Source: Nanohaloarchaea archaeon B1-Br10_U2g19 (GTDB lineage Archaea > Nanohalarchaeota > Nanosalinia > Nanosalinales > Nanosalinaceae). Taken from it: a DNA stretch of 64,000 nucleotides. This document shows, one piece after another, positions 1 to 9,368 of the stretch. A program made the position numbers and the translations under genes. The notes beneath the pieces were generated by a model. It did not search any database and was not told where the DNA came from. It was given only the letters and a program-made list of their open reading frames with translations. The stretch lies in NCBI GenBank assembly GCA_001563905.1, contig LKMO01000002.1, positions 3,397-67,396 of the forward strand. Direction: 5' to 3'. Every line of letters begins with the position of its first letter. Position 1 is the stretch's first letter.

Positions 1-117
1 GCCAGGCCAGAGAAGAGTCTGTATACTGTCGTTTCTATCTGGTATTAGGTCTTCTTCCTCTAGCCATTCTCCTAGGCTCTTTAGGTTGTTCGTTCTTCTT
101 GAACTCTCGAAAGGCAT
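1..117 (-). CDS. 5' end of an unassigned CDS that runs off the left edge (partial)
   Basis: Reverse-strand ATG at 115-117 followed by 38 open codons to the edge (MPFESSRRTNNLKSLGEWLEEEDLIPDRNDSIQTLLWPG). An AT-rich TATA-like box lies about 30 nt upstream on that strand (146-155). Too short to assign. Confidence 0.3.
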   Translation of the reverse strand, partial: MPFESSRRTNNLKSLGEWLEEEDLIPDRNDSIQTLLWPG

Positions 118-291
118 GTATTAACTTTAAAGTACTCTCATAATCTATTAAAAACATTAGTATGTTCGTTTCTTACACACATATTGGTGTTCGTATATGC
201 TGAACACTCTTGAGATGTTTGTGAGCATTAAACCCGTATATCCTACTTGTGACTACCGATAAAAACATAGAGTTCCCAGTAAACACTTGTT

Positions 292-906
292 ATGGAAGAT
301 CTTGTTGAGTCCGCACGCACCTACGCAGAACAAGCACACAAAGAACAGACCAGAAAAGGAAAGTCTATACCATACTTCGACCACGTCTCCCAGGTAGGGA
401 GAACATTATCCAACTACGGCTTCAACGATGAGATAGTTGCGGCCGGCTACCTACACGATGTAACAGAAGATGTAGAAAATATCACGCTTGAGAGTATAGA
501 AAACGAGTTCGGACCAACTGTAAGAAGACTGGTGGACGGTGCAAGCGAAGACGATAAATCCTTGAGCTGGAAAGAGAGAAAAGAGAGTACTCTTGAACAT
601 TTAGAAGATGCGCCTATGGATGAAGTCGTAGTCAAAGTGAGTGATAAGATTGACAACGTCAGGTCAATGAAACAAGAAGAACTAAACCAAGGAGAAAGAT
701 TCTGGGACAAGTTCAATGCTTCTTACCAGAAACAGGTCTGGTACCACACCAGTTTAACCGAGATAGTGGGAGAAAAGATCGAGCAGGACGAGTATGAACT
801 AGAAGGCTCGGTTGAAGGCGTATATGGGGAGCTGAAACAAGAGGTCAACCAGGTATTCGATACAAACTATGATGTAACGGTTCTGACAGAAACAGAACAA
901 GTCTAG
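292..906 (+). CDS. HD-domain phosphohydrolase, RelA/SpoT (Mesh1-like) (p)ppGpp-hydrolase type fold
   Basis: 204-aa ORF. Motifs: AHKEQTRKGKSIPYFDHV ... AAGYLHDVTEDV (H...HD metal motif) and SDKIDN, in the spacing typical of SpoT-type HD domains. Confidence 0.8.
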   Translation: MEDLVESARTYAEQAHKEQTRKGKSIPYFDHVSQVGRTLSNYGFNDEIVAAGYLHDVTEDVENITLESIENEFGPTVRRLVDGASEDDKSLSWKERKESTLEHLEDAPMDEVVVKVSDKIDNVRSMKQEELNQGERFWDKFNASYQKQVWYHTSLTEIVGEKIEQDEYELEGSVEGVYGELKQEVNQVFDTNYDVTVLTETEQV

Positions 907-1829
907 TAACTGAAAGACTCATCGACAAAGTAGAGATCTTTGAAACCAAAGGAAGAACACCGTAAATCGTTGTTTTCATTTACATCTCCTTTTGTAACAC
1001 AGTCTTCATCTGTCTTAAACTCTAAAATATTCTCTCCTGGCTCAAGAGTTACGTTGAAATGATACTTATTTGTTCTATGGAACATCTTACCTTCGAAATC
1101 ATCTTGGTCTACAGGATAACTCTCAGGATGCACTGTTTCATCCTCTTGCCTAAACTCTAAACGGTAGTTTCTAGCAGGAACCACCTGTTCTCCCAGCTTT
1201 TCATCGTTGAAAACATAAGTAATATTCCGAGTTTCCGGGAAAGAAGCAAGATAAACTCTCATAGTTTCATTCCGGGTATCTTCCTTATAGTTGTAGATGT
1301 GGACACTAGAGTTGTCTTTACCCCATACTCTATCCTCGTCTCCGGTTTCTGTATACCATCTGTTTCTAGTATAAAGAATATTTTCGGACTGATCTTCGAA
1401 TGGAGTGATTCTAAAACCTTTTACATCAATATCCCCACAGTTTGAATCGCAGTCAGACTCTAAAGTGATAGTTGATTCTTCTTCAATCTCTCTAAAAGGT
1501 AGAGAAAATCTTTGACGGAATCGACTTACTTCGTGATCTAAAACAGTTTCGCCGTCAACAGAGAGGTTCAAACTGTTTCCGGAGGTCTCTGCCTCTACCT
1601 CAAAACGAACTGCATAAGTACCTTTCTCCTCTATTTCAAACTCTTCGGTATCTGTTAAGACAAAATCCGTGCTTTGAGGATAAACTATATCTGAAAAATC
1701 AGAGCCATGCAAAGTAGAGATTGCGGAGTGCCCAGGAGCATCTTCTGTATCCACTACTCCTATCAAAACTACACCTGCTAATAAGAGTAGTAGAATATCG
1801 TTGTAGGTTGAAGAATCATTTTCTGACAT
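903..1829 (-). CDS. hypothetical secreted / N-terminally anchored protein
   Basis: 308-aa ORF. N-terminal hydrophobic segment ILLLLLAGVVLIGVV, then a beta-rich acidic body with paired Cys (CDSNCGD). No recognisable family. Confidence 0.6.
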   Translation of the reverse strand: MSENDSSTYNDILLLLLAGVVLIGVVDTEDAPGHSAISTLHGSDFSDIVYPQSTDFVLTDTEEFEIEEKGTYAVRFEVEAETSGNSLNLSVDGETVLDHEVSRFRQRFSLPFREIEEESTITLESDCDSNCGDIDVKGFRITPFEDQSENILYTRNRWYTETGDEDRVWGKDNSSVHIYNYKEDTRNETMRVYLASFPETRNITYVFNDEKLGEQVVPARNYRLEFRQEDETVHPESYPVDQDDFEGKMFHRTNKYHFNVTLEPGENILEFKTDEDCVTKGDVNENNDLRCSSFGFKDLYFVDESFSY

Positions 1830-2009
1830 GTATTTTATCTCAGCTCTCTAATAAAAGAAAAACAGTTTTTGTTTAAATGTTTAATACAAGTTAGAAAGTT
1901 CCTGTTGGTCCAAAATTAAGCGGCAAAATTAGTCAATATTAAGAGCATCTAGTATAACGCTGTAACCTAGAATAGAGAAGATAGAAGATCTGATATAGAT
2001 GATTACTAT

Positions 2010-3020
2010 CTAAACAATTTCCTCTTTAATTATTAGGTAAAGAGGTAGTATAGGATTAGAAAGTCCTGGTACAAATGTTAACACTGCAAAAACTGCAGAG
2101 CGCTTCTTAGATCGTCCGGTAACAAGGCTATATTGATATGCTAAGAACGGCAATAAAAACATTGAGTAGGCTACTAAGTGCACGTAACTCATGAAAATTA
2201 TTTCAGGCAGATTTAGTAAAAACTCTGTAAACAAGTGAATGTAGAACAAGCCCATTATAAGGGTGTTAATAATCAAAAGATTCTTCCAAAAAGATAGGGA
2301 GCTTTGTTTTTTGTCTTTTGGAGTTATTAGATTGTTTAGAATTTGTTGAGATTTGTAAATTGCGTAAGGAGGGAAAACAAAGAAGAAAGGGCTAATTTCT
2401 GAGAATTCGTATTCATACCCCTCGGACTCACAAATAACCTCTAACTGTTTTCGAAAAGATAATACTTCTCCGAAAGGAGCTAATAATCCTAAAGTAGCGG
2501 CTAAAATAGGGTGCGAGTGATCTTTTTTATCAAGACCTAGATAACGGTTGTTCGTATAAAACCAGTAAATGGCGTATAGACCTAACGTGAATAATGATAA
2601 GATAAAAGCGCCTGAAGGACTTCTGTGTAAAGAATTTATGTTTATTTCAGTATTATTCTTTGGCTCAGGACCTATTGAGAGGTCTTTAACACGCGTTGCC
2701 CACAGATATAATGCGATTAAAAGATATATTAGCCATATGATTACGTCTAAGATGCCTTCTTGTAAGAAGGTCCCTTGTTCAACCTGGATTAGGTTTAACG
2801 GAGCTATCAACAGTATTGCGGAGATATAGCCGTATGTTCTATGCATGATGACTCCATAAAAAGCAAAAAATGATAATATGACGATAGAAACTCTTAAAAT
2901 GAATGAAGCACCTATATTAGTCTCTCCAACTGTTATTAACAGATTAAATAATCTAAAGGCTCCTATAGCAAGAATAAAAACTGCAAAGAGAAGCAAAGGT
3001 ATGTCTCTTTTAGAATCCAT
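2010..3020 (-). CDS. polytopic membrane protein, unknown function
   Basis: 336-aa ORF with about 8 hydrophobic segments. The central GLYAIYWFY segment is reminiscent of DUF4234-type membrane proteins. Visibly lower GC than neighbours. Confidence 0.6.
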   Translation of the reverse strand: MDSKRDIPLLLFAVFILAIGAFRLFNLLITVGETNIGASFILRVSIVILSFFAFYGVIMHRTYGYISAILLIAPLNLIQVEQGTFLQEGILDVIIWLIYLLIALYLWATRVKDLSIGPEPKNNTEININSLHRSPSGAFILSLFTLGLYAIYWFYTNNRYLGLDKKDHSHPILAATLGLLAPFGEVLSFRKQLEVICESEGYEYEFSEISPFFFVFPPYAIYKSQQILNNLITPKDKKQSSLSFWKNLLIINTLIMGLFYIHLFTEFLLNLPEIIFMSYVHLVAYSMFLLPFLAYQYSLVTGRSKKRSAVFAVLTFVPGLSNPILPLYLIIKEEIV

Positions 3021-3090
3021 AATTAGTGGTTGTTTAGAGAAAATAAAAAAGGATTTCTATAATCTTCAAAGAAAAAGGAATAAGCCTAAC

Positions 3091-3474
3091 CTAGTTTTCA
3101 GCAGCTCTGCCTAGAATTTCTACCTCATATCCCTCAGGATCCTTGACGAATCCGTAGTTTCCGGGGCAGTCTTTTGGAGGTCTGTAATCTTCTCCTCCTG
3201 CTTTAACTGCTTTTTCATATGCTTTTTCTAGACTTTGATCTTCTCCAGTGTGGATAGCTATATGACCGAATCCCTCTCCTTTTTCATATATATCGTCTTC
3301 TCCATGGTTATAGGTTAGCTCTATCTCCGCTGTCTGTCCGGGATGTCTTAAGAAGTAGAGTGTGAAAGTTTCCATTTCTTTCTTTTCTCTGAGCTCGAAA
3401 CCGAATGCTTTCTTGTAAAACTCTATGCATTTTTCTGGCTTAGATACTCTAAGCATGGTATGTGCTAATTTCAT
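3091..3474 (-). CDS. glyoxalase I / VOC-family protein (lactoylglutathione lyase-like)
   Basis: 127 aa. MKLAHTMLRVSKPEKCIEFYKKAFGF ... AEIELTYNHG ... GFGHIA ... GYEVEI matches the paired beta-alpha-beta-beta-beta glyoxalase I pattern. Confidence 0.85.
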   Translation of the reverse strand: MKLAHTMLRVSKPEKCIEFYKKAFGFELREKKEMETFTLYFLRHPGQTAEIELTYNHGEDDIYEKGEGFGHIAIHTGEDQSLEKAYEKAVKAGGEDYRPPKDCPGNYGFVKDPEGYEVEILGRAAEN

Positions 3475-3560
3475 GTATGATCTTTGTTTGTTTTAGAACT
3501 TGAAAAAGGAATTTGTGTTTATGAAGAACTATTTTTATTCAGGTAAAATAAATTAGATGT

Positions 3561-3917
3561 ATGACTGAGGAAAACCTTGAAGCATGGGTAAGAAGAAAAC
3601 TTGAGGAAGGTAAAAGTGAAGAGGCTTTATACAAGGTTTTAGATAAGAGAGGTCATGATCCTGGCTTGGTTGATCAAGTAAGCCAAGAGCTAAACAAAGT
3701 TCAAGAAGAACAGGATTTTGCTGATGAGAATCCTGTTAAAGAAAGTTTTGAAAGAGGTGGTGACGATTTCCAAAATGAGGAAGTCGATAGTTCATTTAGT
3801 CCTAGAAGGTTTCTGGAACTAGGGAGAAGTGTTGAGAATAAAGAATTTGTTCAGTATTCAATTATTTTTGTTTTATCTGTTGTTATGGGAGCTCTTGCGG
3901 CAGCAGTTTTATTTTAG
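3561..3917 (+). CDS. hypothetical acidic protein with C-terminal transmembrane anchor
   Basis: 118-aa ORF, acidic, with C-terminal hydrophobic tail FVQYSIIFVLSVVMGALAAAVLF. Confidence 0.55.
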   Translation: MTEENLEAWVRRKLEEGKSEEALYKVLDKRGHDPGLVDQVSQELNKVQEEQDFADENPVKESFERGGDDFQNEEVDSSFSPRRFLELGRSVENKEFVQYSIIFVLSVVMGALAAAVLF

Positions 3918-4224
3918 GAAGAAATAGGTCGGAGGTTTTTATCTGAAAAAGAGTTGCGTATCTCTACTAAGATATTATATTACTTATTTTATCTAAAGAT
4001 GTTTTAGAAAGTATGAAAATTTTTAAGTAATTTTTAGAATATTTTATAGGCTTTTTTGAGTTATTTGGTGGCTTCTTATGTGGTCTGTACTAGATAATTA
4101 TTTTTCAATAAGTTCTTCGCTCTTGGAACGTGAGAGGTGTAAAATTTTGGATCCAAACATATCTATGAAGTTTGAGGTAGAACTTAAAGCGCTGAACTAT
4201 ATATCTGAGGAAATTTCGGGAAAC

Positions 4225-4608
4225 CTATAAAGGGTTGAAATTGACTTTTTCTACTTTTTTACAGCTCTGGAGATCCTTCCAAAACATCTTTATTTTCTCG
4301 GAATTTCCTTCAAGCAGATACATCTGTAAACATTTATGATCTCTAAGATGGTCGTGTATTTGAGTCTTAACAACATTTTGATAATCGTGTTGGATGTCTG
4401 AAATAACGTTCAATGACTCATCCGTATGTGTGATAGTCAAAATACAGTTTACCTCGCCTTCAAGCTTCTCTAAATCGCTTTTTTCTCCTATAAAAGTTCT
4501 GATAGCTGAACGTACAATTTCGCTTCTACCAGAATATCCAAGATCTTCTTTCAACTTGTCAAGCTCGTTAAGAAGTTTCTCTTCTATGGAGAGACTTATA
4601 ACAGTCAT
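4225..4608 (-). CDS. nikR: NikR-like ribbon-helix-helix nickel-responsive regulator
   Basis: 127 aa. N-terminal RHH (ISLSIEEKLLNELDKL..GYSGRSEIVRSAIRTFI). C-terminal ACT-like domain with His/Cys cluster (THTDES...HDYQ...IHDHLRDHKCL). Confidence 0.8.
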   Translation of the reverse strand: MTVISLSIEEKLLNELDKLKEDLGYSGRSEIVRSAIRTFIGEKSDLEKLEGEVNCILTITHTDESLNVISDIQHDYQNVVKTQIHDHLRDHKCLQMYLLEGNSEKIKMFWKDLQSCKKVEKVNFNPL

Positions 4609-4649
4609 ACTAAGAGACGTGTTTACTATTTTTTAATAACCTTTCTTAC

Positions 4650-5711
4650 TCATTTTATTAGATCCTTAACTGTTTCAAAGAAGCTTTTGTCTGTTTCAGG
4701 GACTCCTCTGAACTCTTCCATAAACTCTTTCTGTTCTTCTGTCAGGTCTTCAGGTATTTCAACATCAATCTTCACGTATATATCTCCTTGACCTCTTCTG
4801 CTTGGCATTCCCTGTCCGTCTAACCGTAATACTTGTCCGGGCTGTGTGCCTTCAGGTATATCTACGTTCAGCTCTGAACCAGGTCTAGGAACAGATATTG
4901 TTGTGCCTAGTGCGGCATCGCCTACACCTATGGTTGCGGTGGTGAAAAGATCAGAGTCTTTACGTTCAAGCTCTTCATGGTCTTCTACGGTTACGTAGAC
5001 GTAGAGATCTCCAGATCTTCCTGTCTCTGAACGGTTGCCTTTATCTTTTAGACGGACCCTTTGACCGTCTCTTACACCTTCCGGTATCTCAACAGTTATC
5101 TTTTCTTCGGCTTCAACTACGCCTTTCCCGCTACAGCTACTACACTTGTTTTCAGGTACAGATCCTTTACCGTTACAGTTACTACATCTTTCTACTGTTT
5201 CTGCACGACCTAAAGGAGTTCTCTGAACAGTTCTTACCTTACCTCTTCCGCCGCATTCAGAACATTTAGAGGTTTTGCCGTCTTCACCGCCTGTACCGTT
5301 ACAGTCTTCACAGCTGGTCTTACGTGAAACTTCAAAAGTTTTCTCTACACCTTTGTAAGCTTCTTCTAGACTTATTGTGGTTTGTATCTTCAGGTCTAGA
5401 GACTCTCTCTGTCTTCTGCCTCCGCCGAAAAGATGTTCGAACAGATCTTGGAAGCTTGACGCGGCGCGTCTTTGACCTCTTCCTGCATGACCTTCAACAC
5501 CTTGTTCTCCGAACTGGTCGTACTTTCTACGTTTATCTTCATCGCTGAGAACATCATAGGCTTTATTGATTTTCTTGAACTTATCTTCGTCAGCTGTTTC
5601 AGAGTTAGAGTCTGGATGATACTTTTTAGCTTTTTTTCTGTATGCTTTCTTTATTTCTTTCTGACTTGAGTCTTCTGATACGCCGAGAAGTTCGTAGTAC
5701 TTTTTTGCCAT
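4650..5711 (-). CDS. dnaJ: chaperone DnaJ (Hsp40)
   Basis: J domain with HPD (KYHPDSN), G-rich linker, four CxxCxGxG zinc motifs (CEDCNGTG, CSECGGRG, CSNCNGKG, CSSCSGKG). Confidence 0.97.
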   Translation of the reverse strand: MAKKYYELLGVSEDSSQKEIKKAYRKKAKKYHPDSNSETADEDKFKKINKAYDVLSDEDKRRKYDQFGEQGVEGHAGRGQRRAASSFQDLFEHLFGGGRRQRESLDLKIQTTISLEEAYKGVEKTFEVSRKTSCEDCNGTGGEDGKTSKCSECGGRGKVRTVQRTPLGRAETVERCSNCNGKGSVPENKCSSCSGKGVVEAEEKITVEIPEGVRDGQRVRLKDKGNRSETGRSGDLYVYVTVEDHEELERKDSDLFTTATIGVGDAALGTTISVPRPGSELNVDIPEGTQPGQVLRLDGQGMPSRRGQGDIYVKIDVEIPEDLTEEQKEFMEEFRGVPETDKSFFETVKDLIK

Positions 5712-5765
5712 TACTCTAACTCACTTTTTGGGTTGGGGAAAAATAAAGAGGAGAGATTTTAGGCT

Positions 5766-7673
5766 TCACGCCTTCTCCTCATCGTCGTCCACTTCTTCAA
5801 AGTCTGCGTCGACAACGTTGTCTTCAGAGCTTCCGCCCATGTTCATGTTTTCTGCTGCTTGTTTAAGGTCTTCTTCACTCATGTTGGACGGGTCGAAACC
5901 CCCCATTCCTCCTGGGCCTTGCTGGTCGCCGTAGATTTCTTTTCCTATCTCCTGAAGCTTTTCTTGGAGTTCTTCAATACTGTTTTCAATCTTCTCTTTA
6001 GCTTCCTCAAGATCATTGAGTTCTTCAGCTTCGTCTTTGGCGTTTCTCAGGTTTTCTACAGCTTCTTCAATACTCTCTACTACAGAGTCTTCTACTTTGT
6101 CGCCGTGTTCTTCTAACTGGGTTTCTGCTTGGCTTGCTGCTTGATCTGCCTTGTTTTTAGCTTCGATGAACTCTCTTCTTTTCCTGTCTTCTTCTTGGTG
6201 TTTTTCTGCTTCTTCTTTCATCTCTTCGATTTCATCGTCATCCAGCCGTGCTTGATCGTCGATAGTGATGCTTGCTTCTTCACCGCTCTGTTTTTCTTCT
6301 GCTGAAACCTGTAGAATTCCGTCGGCATCAATTTCAAATGTTACTTCAATCTGAGGATGTCCTGCTGGTGCAGGAGGGATGCCTTCAAGGTTAAACTGGC
6401 CTAGAGACTTGTTGTCTTTAGCCATTTCTCTTTCTCCCTGCACTACGTGTACAGTAACCATCGATTGGTTGTCTTGAGCTGTTGTAAATGTTTTAGATTC
6501 TTCTGCAGGCACAGTAGTGTTTTTCTCTATCAGTGTTTCTTTCAGCCCTCCTTTGACCTCAACTCCTAGACTTAGAGGAGCTACATCAAGTAGTAGAATG
6601 TCGTCTACCTCTCCTGAAATACTTCCTCCTTGTATTGCTGCACCTACTGCTACGGCTTCATCAGGGCTTACTTCTTGGTTTGGCTCCTGTCCTGTAATTG
6701 CTTGGACATGTTCTCTTACTGCAGGTACTCTTGTAGTTCCTCCTACAAGGATAACCTCGTCTATCTCAGAGCTTTCAACTCCTGCATCTTCCATAGCGGT
6801 TTTTGTTGGTTGTGTAGTTCTCTGGATTAAGTCTTCGACTAGGTCTTCGAACTTTGATCTTGTTAGTTCGTAGTCAAGATTGTATGTTTCTCCATCTTCC
6901 TGATGGATGAACGGAATATTTATCTTAGTGTTTTTACGTGAGGACAGCTCTTTTTTAGCTTCTTCTGCATTCTCCCGGATTCTCTGCATTGCTTCGTCGT
7001 TTTCTGAGAGGTCGATACTGTTTTCTTCTTTGAACTTTTCTACGACCCAGTTGACTATCTCTTGGTCGAAGTCGTCTCCTCCTAGGTTGTTGTCGCCTTC
7101 GGTGCTCTGGACTTCGTAGATTCCGTCACCCATTTCGAGGACAGTTACGTCGAATGTTCCTCCACCGAAGTCGTATACTAGAACTGTTTGGTCATCGTCT
7201 TCATCTAAACCGTATGCAAGGCTTGCTGCGGTCGGTTCGTTTAGTATTCTTTCTACTTCTAGTCCTGCGATTTCTCCTGCGTCTTTTGTTGCTTGTCTTT
7301 GTGTGTCATCGAAATGTGCTGGAACTGTGATGACGGCTTTGTTTATTTCTTCTCCAAGTTTTTCTTCTGCGTCGTTTTTCAGTTTTTGTAGGATCATGGA
7401 AGATATTTCTTGTGGTGTATAGTCTTCTCCTTCAAGTTCTACATTGTAGTCTTCTCCCATGCGTCTTTTGATGCTTCTTACGGTGTTTTCTTCGTTTGTA
7501 AGCATTTGGTTCTTTGCTGGTTTACCTATTATTCTTTCTCCGTCATTAAAAGCTACTATGGACGGTGTTATTCTGTCTCCTTCTTGGTTTTCAATTATCT
7601 GTGGTTCTCCATCTTTTATTGTTGCTATTGCGCTTCTTGTTGTACCTAGGTCGATACCTATTATTTTTTCCAT
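5766..7673 (-). CDS. dnaK: chaperone DnaK (Hsp70)
   Basis: 635 aa. [29 protein letters not shown] signatures. Acidic C-terminal tail. Confidence 0.98.
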   Translation of the reverse strand: MEKIIGIDLGTTRSAIATIKDGEPQIIENQEGDRITPSIVAFNDGERIIGKPAKNQMLTNEENTVRSIKRRMGEDYNVELEGEDYTPQEISSMILQKLKNDAEEKLGEEINKAVITVPAHFDDTQRQATKDAGEIAGLEVERILNEPTAASLAYGLDEDDDQTVLVYDFGGGTFDVTVLEMGDGIYEVQSTEGDNNLGGDDFDQEIVNWVVEKFKEENSIDLSENDEAMQRIRENAEEAKKELSSRKNTKINIPFIHQEDGETYNLDYELTRSKFEDLVEDLIQRTTQPTKTAMEDAGVESSEIDEVILVGGTTRVPAVREHVQAITGQEPNQEVSPDEAVAVGAAIQGGSISGEVDDILLLDVAPLSLGVEVKGGLKETLIEKNTTVPAEESKTFTTAQDNQSMVTVHVVQGEREMAKDNKSLGQFNLEGIPPAPAGHPQIEVTFEIDADGILQVSAEEKQSGEEASITIDDQARLDDDEIEEMKEEAEKHQEEDRKRREFIEAKNKADQAASQAETQLEEHGDKVEDSVVESIEEAVENLRNAKDEAEELNDLEEAKEKIENSIEELQEKLQEIGKEIYGDQQGPGGMGGFDPSNMSEEDLKQAAENMNMGGSSEDNVVDADFEEVDDDEEKA

Positions 7674-7879
7674 AGTTTCCGGTTCACCTATTTTTATTGA
7701 AGTGTATAAAAATTTTTAAAATCTCTTTATTTCTTTCTAGAATTTTCGGATATGGAGGAGTTCTTATAACATTTGTTTATTTATTATCTTACAGTGGTAA
7801 AACTTTGAAGGGTCGTGGTTACAGTGTTGAAGACTTAGTATACAGAACGCCGTTATCTGAACCAGAACCTTGTGAAGAT

Positions 7880-8590
7880 ATGCCTGAGTATGTTCAAAAG
7901 TCGTTAGAACAGAGAGGAGTAAACTATAACAATATGGAGGTAGGCAAAACCTCTGACAATAACTGGGTACTAATAAAGCCAGGTAAAGCCAACTTTGGAA
8001 GAGCAGCCCCGGCACATCTCGCCTACAATATTGTAGACAGCTATCTAGACTTCAACTCTCCGGAGATAAGTTACGACAGTGAAGAGGATATCATACTTCT
8101 GGAACATCTAGGAGACATGAAGACGCCTCAAAGATCCGAATATATACCTAAAGACTCTCTCATAAATGCACTTGCTTCTAAAGCCATTATGGGTGATCCA
8201 GATATTTCAGGAAACTTCGGAATTAAAGAAAGAAAATGTTGTATCTACGACTTTGACCAAGCAGGCAACACAATTAGATCTGTAGAAGAAAGCCTCAAAG
8301 ACTGTCTAAAGCTAATAAACAGAAGCACTTCAACGGATATCAGACTAAAAGATATTGAAAAAGAAGCAGCCTCTATGGCGGAAAGACCGGACCTAGAAAA
8401 ACTTGAAGAAGAGCTTGAACCTCTAAAAGACTTTTATCCGGACGTAGACGATGCAGTAAAGTTCCGTCCTAGCTATATCACATATAATATAGAAGTTGCA
8501 AGAGAAGAAGAAATCTTTTACTATGAAGAAGCTGAACCTAAACCCGAAACAAGAACGGTTAGTTCGGGAGGCAGCCAGATTTTCTTTTAA
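7880..8590 (+). CDS. hypothetical protein with PI3/PI4-kinase-like (atypical kinase) motifs
   Basis: ORF is open from a TTG at 7697, but that stretch overlaps the AT-rich dnaK promoter region. First ATG is at 7880 (MPEYVQKS). Motifs WVLIKPGKANFG, AHLAYNIVDSYLDFNSPE, GDPDISGNFGI and IYDFDQAG resemble the FKPxxEEP / catalytic DxxxxN / DFG-like layout of type II PI4K-like kinases. Function is speculative. Confidence 0.55.
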   Translation: MPEYVQKSLEQRGVNYNNMEVGKTSDNNWVLIKPGKANFGRAAPAHLAYNIVDSYLDFNSPEISYDSEEDIILLEHLGDMKTPQRSEYIPKDSLINALASKAIMGDPDISGNFGIKERKCCIYDFDQAGNTIRSVEESLKDCLKLINRSTSTDIRLKDIEKEAASMAERPDLEKLEEELEPLKDFYPDVDDAVKFRPSYITYNIEVAREEEIFYYEEAEPKPETRTVSSGGSQIFF

Positions 8591-8618
8591 CAGCTCTCTA
8601 CAACGGGAAAAAAGATAA

Positions 8619-9311
8619 CTAAGGCATCCAGTTTTTGATATCGTCGACTATCTTGTATTCTGTCCGACAAATCCGCGACTTCTGGCTCTCAGTATCTAAT
8701 AACGCATAACTTGGTTTCAGTGTAACCACTGAAGGCTTCAAACCGATTTGGGATGGTCTAGGTACCCCTACAGCTCCGTGATTCAAGTAATGCTTATCCT
8801 CTTTGTAAAGATCGGTAGGAATATGGGTATGACCGTAGATAACACCTTTGTAATCTTCTAGAAGGTGGTTGATGTTTTCTTCGTAGGATAGAAACTTTCT
8901 GAATACTCGGTTCACATTGTTCTCGGAAGGGATTATGGCTTTAGAGTTCTCAGGATGGCTGTGAGTTACTAAGTAGCCGTTCACTTCTTCGTTTTTAGGG
9001 AGGCCTCTCAGCCATTCAACGTCATCTTCCTCAAGTTTTGGCTGCAGATAATCTGAAATATGAGAGAGCTTTTTCTCTTTATCCTCGAACGCTCGTTTAT
9101 CATGGTTTCCTACCACGGCAATATCTGCGTGTTCTCTAAGCCATTTAACACATTTACCGGGTTGAAGACCGCCACCGATAGCATCTCCCACAAAAACCAG
9201 GTTGTCTACATCAGGCAAATCTCTCTCAACAGCTTTCAAAGCTTTGTAATTGGCATGTATATCAGAGATTATGGCTGTATTTGGCTGAAAATCAGGTTTT
9301 TTATCGGTCAT
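8619..9311 (-). CDS. calcineurin-like metallophosphoesterase
   Basis: 230 aa. ISDIHAN, VGDAIGGG, VVGNHDKR, THSHP, IYGHTHIP: the complete MPE motif set. Confidence 0.88.
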   Translation of the reverse strand: MTDKKPDFQPNTAIISDIHANYKALKAVERDLPDVDNLVFVGDAIGGGLQPGKCVKWLREHADIAVVGNHDKRAFEDKEKKLSHISDYLQPKLEEDDVEWLRGLPKNEEVNGYLVTHSHPENSKAIIPSENNVNRVFRKFLSYEENINHLLEDYKGVIYGHTHIPTDLYKEDKHYLNHGAVGVPRPSQIGLKPSVVTLKPSYALLDTESQKSRICRTEYKIVDDIKNWMP

Positions 9312-9368
9312 ATTCTCTCGTTTTAACCTAAAATGTTAAGTTTTTGGCGTCTAAAAGCTGAAAACTGG

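Noticed and set aside
3918-4224. 307-nt very AT-rich spacer between convergent genes, considered as a replication origin or sRNA locus
   Set aside because: There are no ORB-like inverted repeats, no adjacent orc1/cdc6 and no convincing hairpins. Only short T/A runs are present, consistent with two converging terminator regions.
5859-7719. Multiple + strand ORFs of 66-118 aa inside dnaK (e.g. 5859-6116, 6517-6873, 7459-7719)
   Set aside because: They are antisense shadow ORFs of a strongly supported gene. Their low-complexity S/F/L-rich translations are typical of reverse frames of acidic proteins.
7697-7879. TTG-initiated N-terminal extension of the kinase-like ORF ([17 protein letters not shown]...)
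   Set aside because: The extension covers the AT-rich divergent promoter region of dnaK. It begins with a rare TTG and translates to an atypical hydrophobic/low-complexity peptide. The first ATG at 7880 is preferred, but the true start is uncertain.
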